DNA from: Mycobacterium tuberculosis H37Rv
GTDB taxonomy: Bacteria > Actinomycetota > Actinomycetes > Mycobacteriales > Mycobacteriaceae
DNA: 32,000 bases
Direction of reading: 5' to 3'
Assembly (NCBI RefSeq): GCF_000195955.2
Contig: NC_000962.3
Span: 1,080,001-1,112,000, forward strand
Below, one piece after another: positions 8,497-17,508 of this stretch (its first letter is position 1; the number at the start of each line of letters is the position of its first letter). Position numbers and translations under genes: made by a program. Below the pieces are notes generated by a model that did no database searches, was not told where the DNA came from, and was given only the letters and a program-made list of their open reading frames with translations.

Positions 8497-10175
8497 AACA
8501 GGGTCTCCGGGATCTCGACGTGGCGGCTGCGCAGCCACTCACCCAGTCCCTTGGCCTGCGGGTCGAAGCGGGCCTGGTAGGCGACGCCCTGGCCGAGGAT
8601 TGCCTCGATGACGAAGTTCAGTGCCCGCAGATTCGGCAGCACGTGACGGGTGACGACCAGGCCTGCCGTTTCTGGCAGCAGCTCCTTGAGTAGCTCGACG
8701 GTCAGCGTGTGCGCCAGCCAGCGCCACTGCTCGTCGGTGCGTACCCACACGCCGACGTTGGCCGATCCGCCCTTGTCGCCGCTGCGGGCGCCAGCGATCA
8801 GGCCCAGCGGTACGCGCCGGGTCGGGCCAGCCGGCAGCGGGTCGGGCAGCGCCGGGGGATGTGCCGGCGCCAGCTCCAACGTCTCAGTGGCGCAGGGAAT
8901 CTCGGTGCGGGTGCCGTCGGCGTGCACGGCGATGTGCGCCACCTTGCCGGCGTCGACGTAGCCGGGGGTGAACACGCCATACACCTGGCCGTCACCGGGC
9001 GGGGCGGTGGCGGTGAACCCCGGGTAGCTGGCCAGCGCCAATTCGACCGCGGCCGAGGAGAATTGCCGACCCACATTGGCAGGGTCGGGATCGCGGGCGA
9101 CGCAGGTGAGCAGCGCGCTGGCGGTTTCTTCGGTGTCGGCGTCGGGGTGGTCGGTGCGGGCCAGCGTCCATTGCAGCTCAGCGGGTTTGACGGTCAGCGC
9201 GGCCTCGAGCTGGCGTCGCACCAAGTCGGCCTTGGCATCGATGTCCAGGCCGGTCAGCACGAATGTCATGGCGTTGCGGAAGCCGCCGATGCTGTTCAGC
9301 GACACCTTGTAGGTCGGCGGCGGCGGTTCGCCGATCACGCCGCTAATGCGCACTCGATCCGGCCCGTCGGGCGACAGTTCGACGCTGTCCATCCGGGCCG
9401 TCACATCCGGGTTGGCATACCGAGCGCCCGTGATCTCGTAGAGCAGCTGCGCGGTGATGGTGTCGACGCTGACCAGGCCGCCGGTGCCGTGGTGCTTGGT
9501 GATCACCGACGAGCCGTCGGCAGCGATCTCGGCCAGCGGGAAGCCGGCGTGAGTGAGGTCGCCTATCTCGGTGAAGAACGCGTAGTTGCCGCCGGTGGCC
9601 TGGACTCCGCATTCGATCACGTGCCCGGCCACCACGGCGCCGGCCAGTCGGTGGTAGTCGGTGCGGCCCCAGCCGAAGTGCGCGGCCGCCGCCCCGACGA
9701 CCACCGAGGCGTCGGTGACCCGGCCGGTGACCACGACGTCGGCGCCGCGCTCGAAGCAGTCGACGATGCCCCATGCGCCCAGGTAGGCGTTGGCCGTCAG
9801 TGGCGTCCCCAGCCCCAGTTCGGCCGCCCGTGGTTGCAGGTCGTCGCCTTCCACGTGGGCGACCTGCGCCGGAATGCCCAGGCGCGCGGCCAGCGCCCGC
9901 ACCGCGTTGGCCAGCCCGGCGGGGTTCAGGCCACCGGCGTTGGTGACGATGCGCACCCCGCGGTCATGGGCCAGGCCCAGGCAGTCCTCGAGCTGGGCCA
10001 GGAAGGTCTTCGCGTAGCCGCGATCGGGGTTTTTCATGCGGTCGCGACCGAGAATCAACATGGTCAGCTCGGCCAGGTAGTCGCCGGTGAGATAGTCCAG
10101 CTCGCCGCCGGTCAGCATCTCGCGCATGGCGGAGAGGCGGTCGCCGTAGAAGCCCGAGCAGTTTCCGATACGCAC
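8493..10175 (-). CDS. Rv0976c: AtuA-like (DUF1446, acyclic terpene utilisation family) protein
   Basis: Long ORF with an N-terminus (IGNCSGFYGDRLSAMREMLTGGELDYLTGDYLAELTM) that resembles the AtuA/DUF1446 family as I remember it. Start chosen at GTG 10175; the open frame continues to TTG 10229. First gene of the carboxylase operon. Confidence 0.8.
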   Translation of the reverse strand: MRIGNCSGFYGDRLSAMREMLTGGELDYLTGDYLAELTMLILGRDRMKNPDRGYAKTFLAQLEDCLGLAHDRGVRIVTNAGGLNPAGLANAVRALAARLGIPAQVAHVEGDDLQPRAAELGLGTPLTANAYLGAWGIVDCFERGADVVVTGRVTDASVVVGAAAAHFGWGRTDYHRLAGAVVAGHVIECGVQATGGNYAFFTEIGDLTHAGFPLAEIAADGSSVITKHHGTGGLVSVDTITAQLLYEITGARYANPDVTARMDSVELSPDGPDRVRISGVIGEPPPPTYKVSLNSIGGFRNAMTFVLTGLDIDAKADLVRRQLEAALTVKPAELQWTLARTDHPDADTEETASALLTCVARDPDPANVGRQFSSAAVELALASYPGFTATAPPGDGQVYGVFTPGYVDAGKVAHIAVHADGTRTEIPCATETLELAPAHPPALPDPLPAGPTRRVPLGLIAGARSGDKGGSANVGVWVRTDEQWRWLAHTLTVELLKELLPETAGLVVTRHVLPNLRALNFVIEAILGQGVAYQARFDPQAKGLGEWLRSRHVEIPETLL

Positions 10176-10372
10176 GGCACCACAGTCAGGGCCATGCGAT
10201 TCCTCCCTTGGGATCGGCGACGCTACCAACCAACCGGTAGGTTAGCACTGCCCTGTTTCGCGACGGAGATCGCTTCCTGAGTCGAAGCGGCCCGGTCTGC
10301 GCCGTCCATTGGAGTAGAGTCCGTTTCGCTACGGGACGCCGGGTGCTTTGCCGGCCCCAGGAGGTCAGCGCC

Positions 10373-13144
10373 ATGTCCTTCGTGGTCACAGCACCGCCGG
10401 TGCTCGCGTCGGCGGCGTCGGATCTGGGCGGTATCGCGTCCATGATCAGCGAGGCCAACGCGATGGCAGCGGTCCGAACGACGGCGTTGGCGCCCGCCGC
10501 CGCCGACGAGGTTTCGGCGGCGATCGCGGCGCTGTTTTCCAGCTACGCGCGGGACTATCAAACGCTGAGCGTCCAGGTGACGGCCTTCCACGTGCAGTTC
10601 GCGCAGACATTGACCAATGCGGGGCAGCTGTATGCGGTCGTCGACGTCGGCAATGGCGTGCTGTTGAAGACCGAGCAGCAGGTGCTGGGTGTGATCAATG
10701 CGCCCACCCAGACGTTGGTGGGTCGTCCGCTGATCGGCGATGGCACCCACGGGGCGCCGGGGACCGGGCAGAACGGTGGGGCGGGCGGAATCTTGTGGGG
10801 CAACGGCGGTAACGGCGGGTCCGGGGCTCCCGGACAGCCGGGCGGCCGGGGCGGTGATGCCGGCCTGTTCGGCCACGGCGGTCATGGCGGTGTCGGGGGG
10901 CCGGGCATCGCCGGTGCCGCTGGCACCGCGGGCCTGCCCGGGGGCAACGGCGCCAACGGCGGAAGCGGCGGCATCGGCGGCGCCGGCGGCGCCGGCGGCA
11001 ACGGCGGGCTGCTATTCGGCAACGGTGGTGCCGGCGGCCAGGGTGGCTCCGGCGGACTTGGGGGCTCCGGCGGGACGGGCGGCGCGGGCATGGCTGCCGG
11101 TCCCGCCGGCGGCACCGGCGGCATCGGGGGCATCGGCGGCATCGGCGGCGCGGGCGGGGTCGGCGGCCACGGCTCGGCGTTGTTCGGCCACGGGGGAATC
11201 AACGGCGATGGCGGTACCGGCGGCATGGGTGGCCAGGGCGGTGCTGGCGGCAACGGCTGGGCCGCTGAGGGCATCACGGTCGGCATTGGTGAGCAAGGCG
11301 GCCAGGGCGGCGACGGGGGAGCCGGCGGCGCCGGCGGGATCGGTGGTTCGGCGGGTGGGATCGGCGGCAGCCAGGGTGCGGGTGGGCACGGCGGCGACGG
11401 CGGCCAGGGCGGCGCCGGCGGTAGTGGCGGCGTTGGCGGCGGCGGCGCAGGCGCCGGCGGCGACGGCGGCGCGGGCGGCATCGGCGGCACTGGCGGTAAC
11501 GGCAGCATCGGCGGGGCCGCCGGCAATGGCGGTAACGGCGGCCGCGGCGGCGCCGGTGGCATGGCCACCGCGGGAAGTGATGGCGGCAATGGCGGCGGCG
11601 GCGGCAACGGCGGCGTCGGTGTTGGCAGCGCCGGAGGGGCCGGCGGCACCGGCGGTGACGGCGGGGCGGCCGGGGCGGGCGGCGCGCCGGGCCACGGCTA
11701 CTTCCAACAGCCCGCGCCCCAAGGGCTGCCCATCGGAACCGGCGGGACCGGCGGCGAAGGCGGTGCCGGCGGCGCCGGTGGAGACGGCGGGCAGGGCGAC
11801 ATCGGCTTCGATGGCGGCCGGGGTGGCGACGGCGGCCCGGGCGGTGGCGGCGGCGCCGGCGGTGACGGCAGCGGCACCTTCAATGCCCAAGCCAACAACG
11901 GCGGCGACGGTGGTGCCGGCGGTGTTGGGGGAGCCGGCGGCACCGGCGGCACGGGTGGGGTCGGGGCCGACGGGGGTCGCGGGGGGGACTCGGGCCGCGG
12001 CGGCGACGGCGGCAACGCCGGCCACGGCGGCGCCGCCCAATTCTCCGGTCGCGGCGCCTACGGCGGTGAAGGTGGCAGCGGCGGCGCCGGCGGCAACGCC
12101 GGTGGCGCCGGCACCGGTGGCACCGCGGGCTCCGGCGGTGCCGGAGGTTTCGGCGGCAACGGTGCCGATGGCGGCAATGGCGGCAACGGTGGCAACGGCG
12201 GCTTCGGCGGAATTAACGGCACGTTCGGCACCAACGGTGCCGGCGGCACCGGCGGGCTCGGCACCCTGCTCGGCGGCCACAACGGCAACATCGGCCTCAA
12301 CGGGGCCACCGGCGGCATCGGCAGCACCACGTTGACCAACGCGACCGTACCGCTGCAGCTGGTGAATACCACCGAGCCGGTGGTATTCATCTCCTTAAAC
12401 GGCGGCCAAATGGTGCCCGTGCTGCTCGACACCGGATCCACCGGTCTGGTCATGGACAGCCAATTCCTGACGCAGAACTTCGGCCCCGTCATCGGGACGG
12501 GCACCGCCGGTTACGCCGGCGGGCTGACCTACAACTACAACACCTACTCAACGACGGTGGATTTCGGCAATGGCCTTCTCACCCTGCCGACCAGCGTTAA
12601 CGTCGTCACCTCGTCATCACCGGGAACCCTGGGCAACTTCTTGTCGAGATCCGGTGCGGTGGGCGTCTTGGGAATCGGGCCCAACAACGGGTTCCCGGGC
12701 ACCAGCTCCATCGTTACCGCGATGCCCGGCCTGCTCAACAACGGTGTGCTCATCGACGAATCGGCGGGCATCCTGCAGTTCGGTCCCAACACATTAACCG
12801 GCGGTATCACGATTTCTGGAGCACCGATTTCCACCGTGGCTGTTCAGATCGACAACGGGCCGCTGCAACAAGCTCCGGTGATGTTCGACTCCGGCGGCAT
12901 CAACGGAACCATCCCGTCAGCCCTCGCCAGCCTGCCGTCCGGGGGATTCGTGCCGGCGGGAACGACCATTTCGGTCTACACCAGCGACGGCCAGACGCTG
13001 TTGTACTCCTACACCACCACCGCGACAAACACCCCATTTGTCACCTCCGGCGGCGTGATGAACACCGGGCACGTCCCCTTCGCGCAGCAACCGATATACG
13101 TCTCCTACAGCCCCACCGCCATCGGGACGACCACCTTTAACTGA
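10373..13144 (+). CDS. PE_PGRS16: PE_PGRS protein with C-terminal pepsin-like aspartic protease domain
   Basis: AGGAGG Shine-Dalgarno sequence 9 nt upstream of ATG 10373. PE domain ([20 protein letters not shown]...), GRPLIGDG linker and a long Gly-Gly-Ala/Asn PGRS tract. The roughly 270-aa C-terminal domain carries DTGS (12428-12439) and DSGG (12887-12898). Confidence 0.92.
10750..12320 (+). repeat. PGRS tract (polymorphic GC-rich sequence; GGA/GGN coding repeats) inside PE_PGRS16
   Basis: Continuous GGCGGC-rich triplet repetition encoding GGAGG/GGNGG motifs. All three frames on both strands stay open here, which produces spurious ORFs. Confidence 0.9.
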
Positions 13145-13147
13145 CGG

Positions 13148-13176
13148 CCCCTCCCTGGCTCGTGATAGGGAAGGGG
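13148..13176 (+). terminator. candidate stem-loop just after the PE_PGRS16 stop
   Basis: CCCCTCCCT (13148-13156) can pair with AGGGAAGGGG (13167-13176) with a one-base bulge and a 10-nt loop. There is no U-tract, so this is weak. Confidence 0.3.
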
Positions 13177-13252
13177 CGTCTGCAGCGGGCGTTCTCGATT
13201 GTCGCCGCGCTCATCTGCGCGCGGAAGCTCATACCAAAGAGGAAGGCCCACC

Positions 13253-13318
13253 ATGGCTGTGCCCACGCGCAGAAAGTCGCGCGCGAACACCCGAAGCCGG
13301 CGCTCGCAGTGGAGGGCC
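13253..13318 (+). pseudogene. rpmF 5' fragment (leader, Shine-Dalgarno sequence and first 22 codons of L32); remainder deleted
   Basis: GAGGAAGGCCCACC-ATG GCT GTG CCC ACG CGC AGA AAG TCG CGC ... CAG TGG AGG GCC is nearly identical to rpmF at 14872-14951. After codon 22, about 130 nt present in the intact copy are missing, and the frame then runs antisense into PE_PGRS17. Confidence 0.7.
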
Positions 13319-13360
13319 CGGCCGGACGGGTGCGGGCCGAACACACCGGGCGGGCTGGTG

Positions 13361-14407
<1,047 letters not shown>

Positions 14408-14607
14408 TTACCGCCGCGGTGGGTAACCGTTTATTCGGACGATCCCTGCCGTTCCACGCCTGGGCGCAGGCGCAAACCGCACCAACATTGGTGGAACGTG
14501 GTGCACACTGCACCTGGGGTTCTGCCCTCATCGTGTGTCAGCAGGCGAAACCCGCGCGGACGAGAACTCCTGCGTTAAGCAGCACAAATCGCTGCTCACG
14601 CTCACCG

Positions 14608-14703
14608 GTCAGCGCACTGAACCGGCCCCATGTCGACGACCGGTGAGGCGACCGCTCAACTCGTCGGCGTCAACTCGGCCATTGCCACCCTGGTCGCCGA
14701 TTC
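14608..14703 (+). pseudogene. decayed internal fragment of a pepD copy (duplication scar)
   Basis: By hand alignment, 14608-14650 matches pepD 19912-19953 (gtcagcgc..tgtcgacgaccgg.gaggc) and 14654-14703 matches pepD 20041-20090 (about 44/50 identical). About 85 nt of pepD are missing between the two pieces, and the fragment is frameshifted with an in-frame TGA. Confidence 0.65.
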
Positions 14704-14800
14704 CTGTCCCACAGCCCCACCACCATCGGGGCGACAACCGTGAACTGACGGTCACGCCCGGGCCCAACCCCGGCCCGGAATTGGGCCGGGCCGTCTTCAA
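14609..14800 (-). CDS. Rv0979c: small hypothetical ORF at the position I remember as Rv0979c; probably not a real gene
   Basis: 63-aa ORF with no recognisable family or Shine-Dalgarno sequence. It lies antisense across the pepD and PE_PGRS16 remnants that form the duplication junction. Confidence 0.2.
   Translation of the reverse strand: MKTARPNSGPGLGPGVTVSSRLSPRWWWGCGTGIGDQGGNGRVDADELSGRLTGRRHGAGSVR
14707..14748 (+). pseudogene. orphan 14-codon 3' end of a PE_PGRS16-type gene (duplication scar)
   Basis: TCC CAC AGC CCC ACC ACC ATC GGG GCG ACA ACC GTG AAC TGA aligns codon for codon with the last 14 codons of PE_PGRS16 (13103-13144). It is 36/42 identical, the stop is conserved, and the following ACGG also matches. 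Confidence 0.7.
14769..14790 (+). terminator. GC-rich stem-loop between the orphan PE_PGRS16-type stop and rpmF
   Basis: CCCGGCCC (14769-14776), loop GGAATT, GGGCCGGG (14783-14790) form a perfect 8-bp stem. It is followed by CCGTCTTC, so there is no clear U-tract. Confidence 0.3.
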
Positions 14801-14885
14801 CCGGTATCCTCCACGTCATTGTCGACGCGATTGTCGCCGCGCCCACCTGCGTGCGGAAGCCCATACCAAAAGAGGAAGGCCCACC

Positions 14886-15059
14886 ATGGCTGTGCCCAAG
14901 CGCAGAAAGTCGCGCTCGAATACCCGAAGCCGGCGCTCGCAGTGGAAGGCCGCCAAGACCGAGCTGGTCGGTGTGACCGTCGCCGGTCACGCCCACAAGG
15001 TGCCTCGGCGCTTGCTCAAGGCCGCCCGGCTCGGCCTCATCGATTTCGATAAGCGCTGA
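14886..15059 (+). CDS. rpmF: 50S ribosomal protein L32
   Basis: 57-aa [25 protein letters not shown]..., the canonical L32 N-terminus, with a GAGGAAGG Shine-Dalgarno sequence upstream. It has no cysteines, so it is the zinc-independent form. Confidence 0.92.
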
Positions 15060-15064
15060 CGCGC

Positions 15065-15091
15065 CGGCGGCCGACGATCATATGGCCGCCG
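15065..15091. terminator. stem-loop between convergent rpmF and PE_PGRS18
   Basis: CGGCGGCC (15065-15072) pairs with GGCCGCCG (15084-15091) around an 11-nt loop. It spans the PE_PGRS18 stop codon and has no U-tract. Confidence 0.3.
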
Positions 15092-16451
15092 AACACACCG
15101 AGCGCGCCGGCTCTCCGGTGATCACCGACACCGTGTCGTCGAGAGAGTTAGTGACGTAGACCACGCCGGTGACGGGGTTGACCGCCACCCCTGTCGGGTC
15201 GAGTCCGACGGGGATGGGGGAGCCGGTGACGGTGTTGGTGGCCGGGTCGATCACCGACACCGTGTTGCTGAACTGGTTGGTGACGTAGATGTTGCCGCCT
15301 GGGTTGACCGCCACCCCATACGCACCGGTACCGACGGGGATGGAGCCGGTGACGGTGTTGGTGTTCGGGTCGATCACCGACACCGTGTTGCTGTCGAAGT
15401 TGGTCACGAAGACCAGGCCGGTGACGGGGCTGACCGCCACCCCGCTTGGACCGTTGCCGTCGGTGATGGAGCCGGTGACGGTGTTGGTGACCGGGTCGAT
15501 CACCGACACCGTGTTGCTGCCCTGGTTGGTGACGTAGATGTTGCCGCCCGGGTTGACCGCCACCCCGTGCGGATCGTTGAAGCTGGCGTGGGTGATGGTG
15601 GTGACGGCGCCGGCGGCCCCACCGGCACCGCCGACCCCACCCGCACCGCCGATACCGCCGGCCGGGCCGCCGCCGGCACCGCCGGCGGTGCCGGCGCGGG
15701 CGAGGCTGACCGCGCCGCCGGTGCCGCCGGTCCCGCCGTCCCCGCCGTGTCCACCCACACCGATTAACCCGCCGTGACCACCAACCCCGCCGGTGCCACC
15801 GTCACCGCCGGCCACACCGAAGGTTGTGCCGGCTCCGCCGGCCCCGCCGACACCACCGGCCCCGCCGTTGCCGAACAGCCATCCACCGGCGCCGCCGGCT
15901 CCGCCGTTCGCGCCGGCCTCAAAGGGTAGGCCCTGGCCGCCAGCTCCGCCGGCCCCACCGTTGCCGATCAACCCGGCCGCACCGCCGGCCCCGCCGGCCT
16001 GCCCGGGTGCCCCCGACCCGCCGTTGCCGCCGTTGCCCCACAGCCACCCGCCGTTACCGCCGGCTTGCCCGGTCCCGTCGATCCCGTTCGCGCCGTCGCC
16101 GATCAATGGGCGCCCGGTCAGCGACTGAACGGGTGCGTTGATCGCATCGAGCACGTTCTGCAGCGGTGTTGCGCTGGCCGCTTCGGCGACCGCGTAGGTG
16201 CTGCTAGCTTGGCTTAAGGCCAGCACGAACCGTTCCTGGTAGGCCGCGACCTGCGCGCTGATCGCTTGATAGTGCTGGCCGTGGCTGCCGAACAGCGCCG
16301 CGATCGCCGTTGACACCTCGTCGTGGGCGGCGGCCAACACCTGGGTGGTCGCCGCCGCCGCGGTGTTGGCGGTGTTGATCGCCGAGCCGATCCGCGCCGC
16401 ATCGGCCGCGGCTGTGGACACTAACTGTGGGGCCACGTTGACAAACGACAT
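15078..16451 (-). CDS. PE_PGRS18: PE_PGRS protein with C-terminal YVTN-type beta-propeller repeats (4 blades)
   Basis: ATG 16451 sits in the same Shine-Dalgarno and leader context as PE_PGRS17. The PE domain differs from PE_PGRS17 at only 3 residues in about the first 170 aa. The PGRS tract is longer and there are four YVTN repeats. Confidence 0.92.
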   Translation of the reverse strand: MSFVNVAPQLVSTAAADAARIGSAINTANTAAAATTQVLAAAHDEVSTAIAALFGSHGQHYQAISAQVAAYQERFVLALSQASSTYAVAEAASATPLQNVLDAINAPVQSLTGRPLIGDGANGIDGTGQAGGNGGWLWGNGGNGGSGAPGQAGGAGGAAGLIGNGGAGGAGGQGLPFEAGANGGAGGAGGWLFGNGGAGGVGGAGGAGTTFGVAGGDGGTGGVGGHGGLIGVGGHGGDGGTGGTGGAVSLARAGTAGGAGGGPAGGIGGAGGVGGAGGAAGAVTTITHASFNDPHGVAVNPGGNIYVTNQGSNTVSVIDPVTNTVTGSITDGNGPSGVAVSPVTGLVFVTNFDSNTVSVIDPNTNTVTGSIPVGTGAYGVAVNPGGNIYVTNQFSNTVSVIDPATNTVTGSPIPVGLDPTGVAVNPVTGVVYVTNSLDDTVSVITGEPARSVCSAAI

Positions 16452-16781
16452 CGAAATCCTCCTGACCGCGACGATGTTGAGATGCGGGCGGCCCACCGCC
16501 TGTTACCCCTGCGGTGGGTAACCGTTTATTCGGACGATCCCTGCCGTTCCACGCCTGGGCGCAGGCACAAACCGCACCAACATTGGTGGAACGTGGTGCA
16601 CACTGCACCTGGGGTTCTGCCCTCATCGTGTGTCAGCAGGCGAAACCCGCGCGGACGAGAACTCTTCCGCCAAGCAGCACAAATCGCCCTACTCTTGACC
16701 ACCAAACAAAACCCGTCCATGGGGCCAATGTGGCTGATGTGGCTAAACCTCGTCGAACAAACCCGCATACCACGGCGCGCC

Positions 16782-16800
16782 TCTCAGGCCAGTCTCAGGC
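16782..16800 (+). promoter_or_regulatory. MprA box: direct repeat TCTCAGGC-CAG-TCTCAGGC upstream of mprA
   Basis: Two identical 8-mers at 16782-16789 and 16793-16800 (11-bp period). This matches the published MprA-binding architecture of two 8-bp direct repeats separated by 3 nt. Confidence 0.8.
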
Positions 16801-16815
16801 GCTGCGACGACACTG

Positions 16816-17508
16816 GTGTCCGTGCGAATTCTTGTCGTTGACGACGATCGTGCGGTGCGCGAGTCGCTGCGCCGGTCGCTTTCCTTCAATGGCTATTCGG
16901 TCGAACTGGCCCACGACGGGGTTGAGGCGCTCGACATGATTGCCAGCGATCGCCCCGACGCGTTGGTCCTGGATGTCATGATGCCGCGGCTGGACGGCCT
17001 CGAGGTGTGCCGTCAGCTCCGCGGCACCGGCGACGACCTGCCGATTCTGGTGCTGACCGCGCGCGACTCGGTGTCCGAGCGGGTGGCCGGGCTGGACGCC
17101 GGTGCCGACGACTACCTACCAAAGCCGTTCGCCCTCGAAGAGCTGCTGGCACGGATGCGGGCGCTGCTGCGCCGCACCAAGCCCGAGGATGCCGCCGAGT
17201 CGATGGCCATGAGGTTCTCCGACCTGACGCTGGACCCGGTAACCCGCGAAGTCAACCGTGGACAGCGCCGGATCAGCCTGACCCGCACCGAATTTGCATT
17301 GCTGGAGATGCTGATCGCCAATCCGCGGCGAGTGCTGACGCGCAGCCGTATCCTGGAAGAGGTATGGGGATTCGACTTTCCCACCTCGGGCAACGCGCTG
17401 GAAGTCTACGTCGGGTATCTACGCCGCAAGACCGAGGCCGACGGCGAGCCGCGGCTGATCCACACTGTGCGCGGAGTGGGTTACGTGCTACGTGAAACAC
17501 CACCCTGA
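16816..17508 (+). CDS. mprA: OmpR-family response regulator
   Basis: 230-aa ORF with a GTG start. Has a receiver domain (ILVVDDD...DVMMPRLDG...LTA) and a winged-helix output domain (...[12 protein letters not shown]). Confidence 0.93.
   Translation: MSVRILVVDDDRAVRESLRRSLSFNGYSVELAHDGVEALDMIASDRPDALVLDVMMPRLDGLEVCRQLRGTGDDLPILVLTARDSVSERVAGLDAGADDYLPKPFALEELLARMRALLRRTKPEDAAESMAMRFSDLTLDPVTREVNRGQRRISLTRTEFALLEMLIANPRRVLTRSRILEEVWGFDFPTSGNALEVYVGYLRRKTEADGEPRLIHTVRGVGYVLRETPP

Larger units (their letters stand above)
14707..16686. repeat. segmental duplication copy B (orphan PE_PGRS16-type tail, intact rpmF, PE_PGRS18 and its 5' leader)
   Basis: Collinear with 13103-14592. It is longer because rpmF is complete and PE_PGRS18 has extra PGRS sequence plus one extra YVTN blade. 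Confidence 0.85.

Noticed and set aside
8709..10280. 523-aa plus-strand ORF antisense to Rv0976c, plus similar long antisense or alternate-frame ORFs at 1700-2470, 4041-4889, 6764-7357, 19093-20046, 27495-28130 and 30527-31285.
   Set aside because: These have low-complexity Arg/Gly/Ala/Pro-rich translations, no family resemblance and no Shine-Dalgarno sequences. Each lies fully inside a well-supported gene on the other strand. Such ORFs are an expected artefact of roughly 65% G+C.
10740..12504. Multiple long ORFs in other frames and on the other strand across the PGRS tract (e.g. 10740-12335 +, 11012-12280 -, 10882-11649 -). I also considered whether the repeat periodicity could indicate a CRISPR-like or other non-coding array.
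   Set aside because: The periodicity is triplet-based GGC/GGN coding repetition continuous with a PE domain upstream and a protease domain downstream. There is no repeat-spacer architecture. The alternate frames (poly-Ala/Pro) are by-products of the composition.
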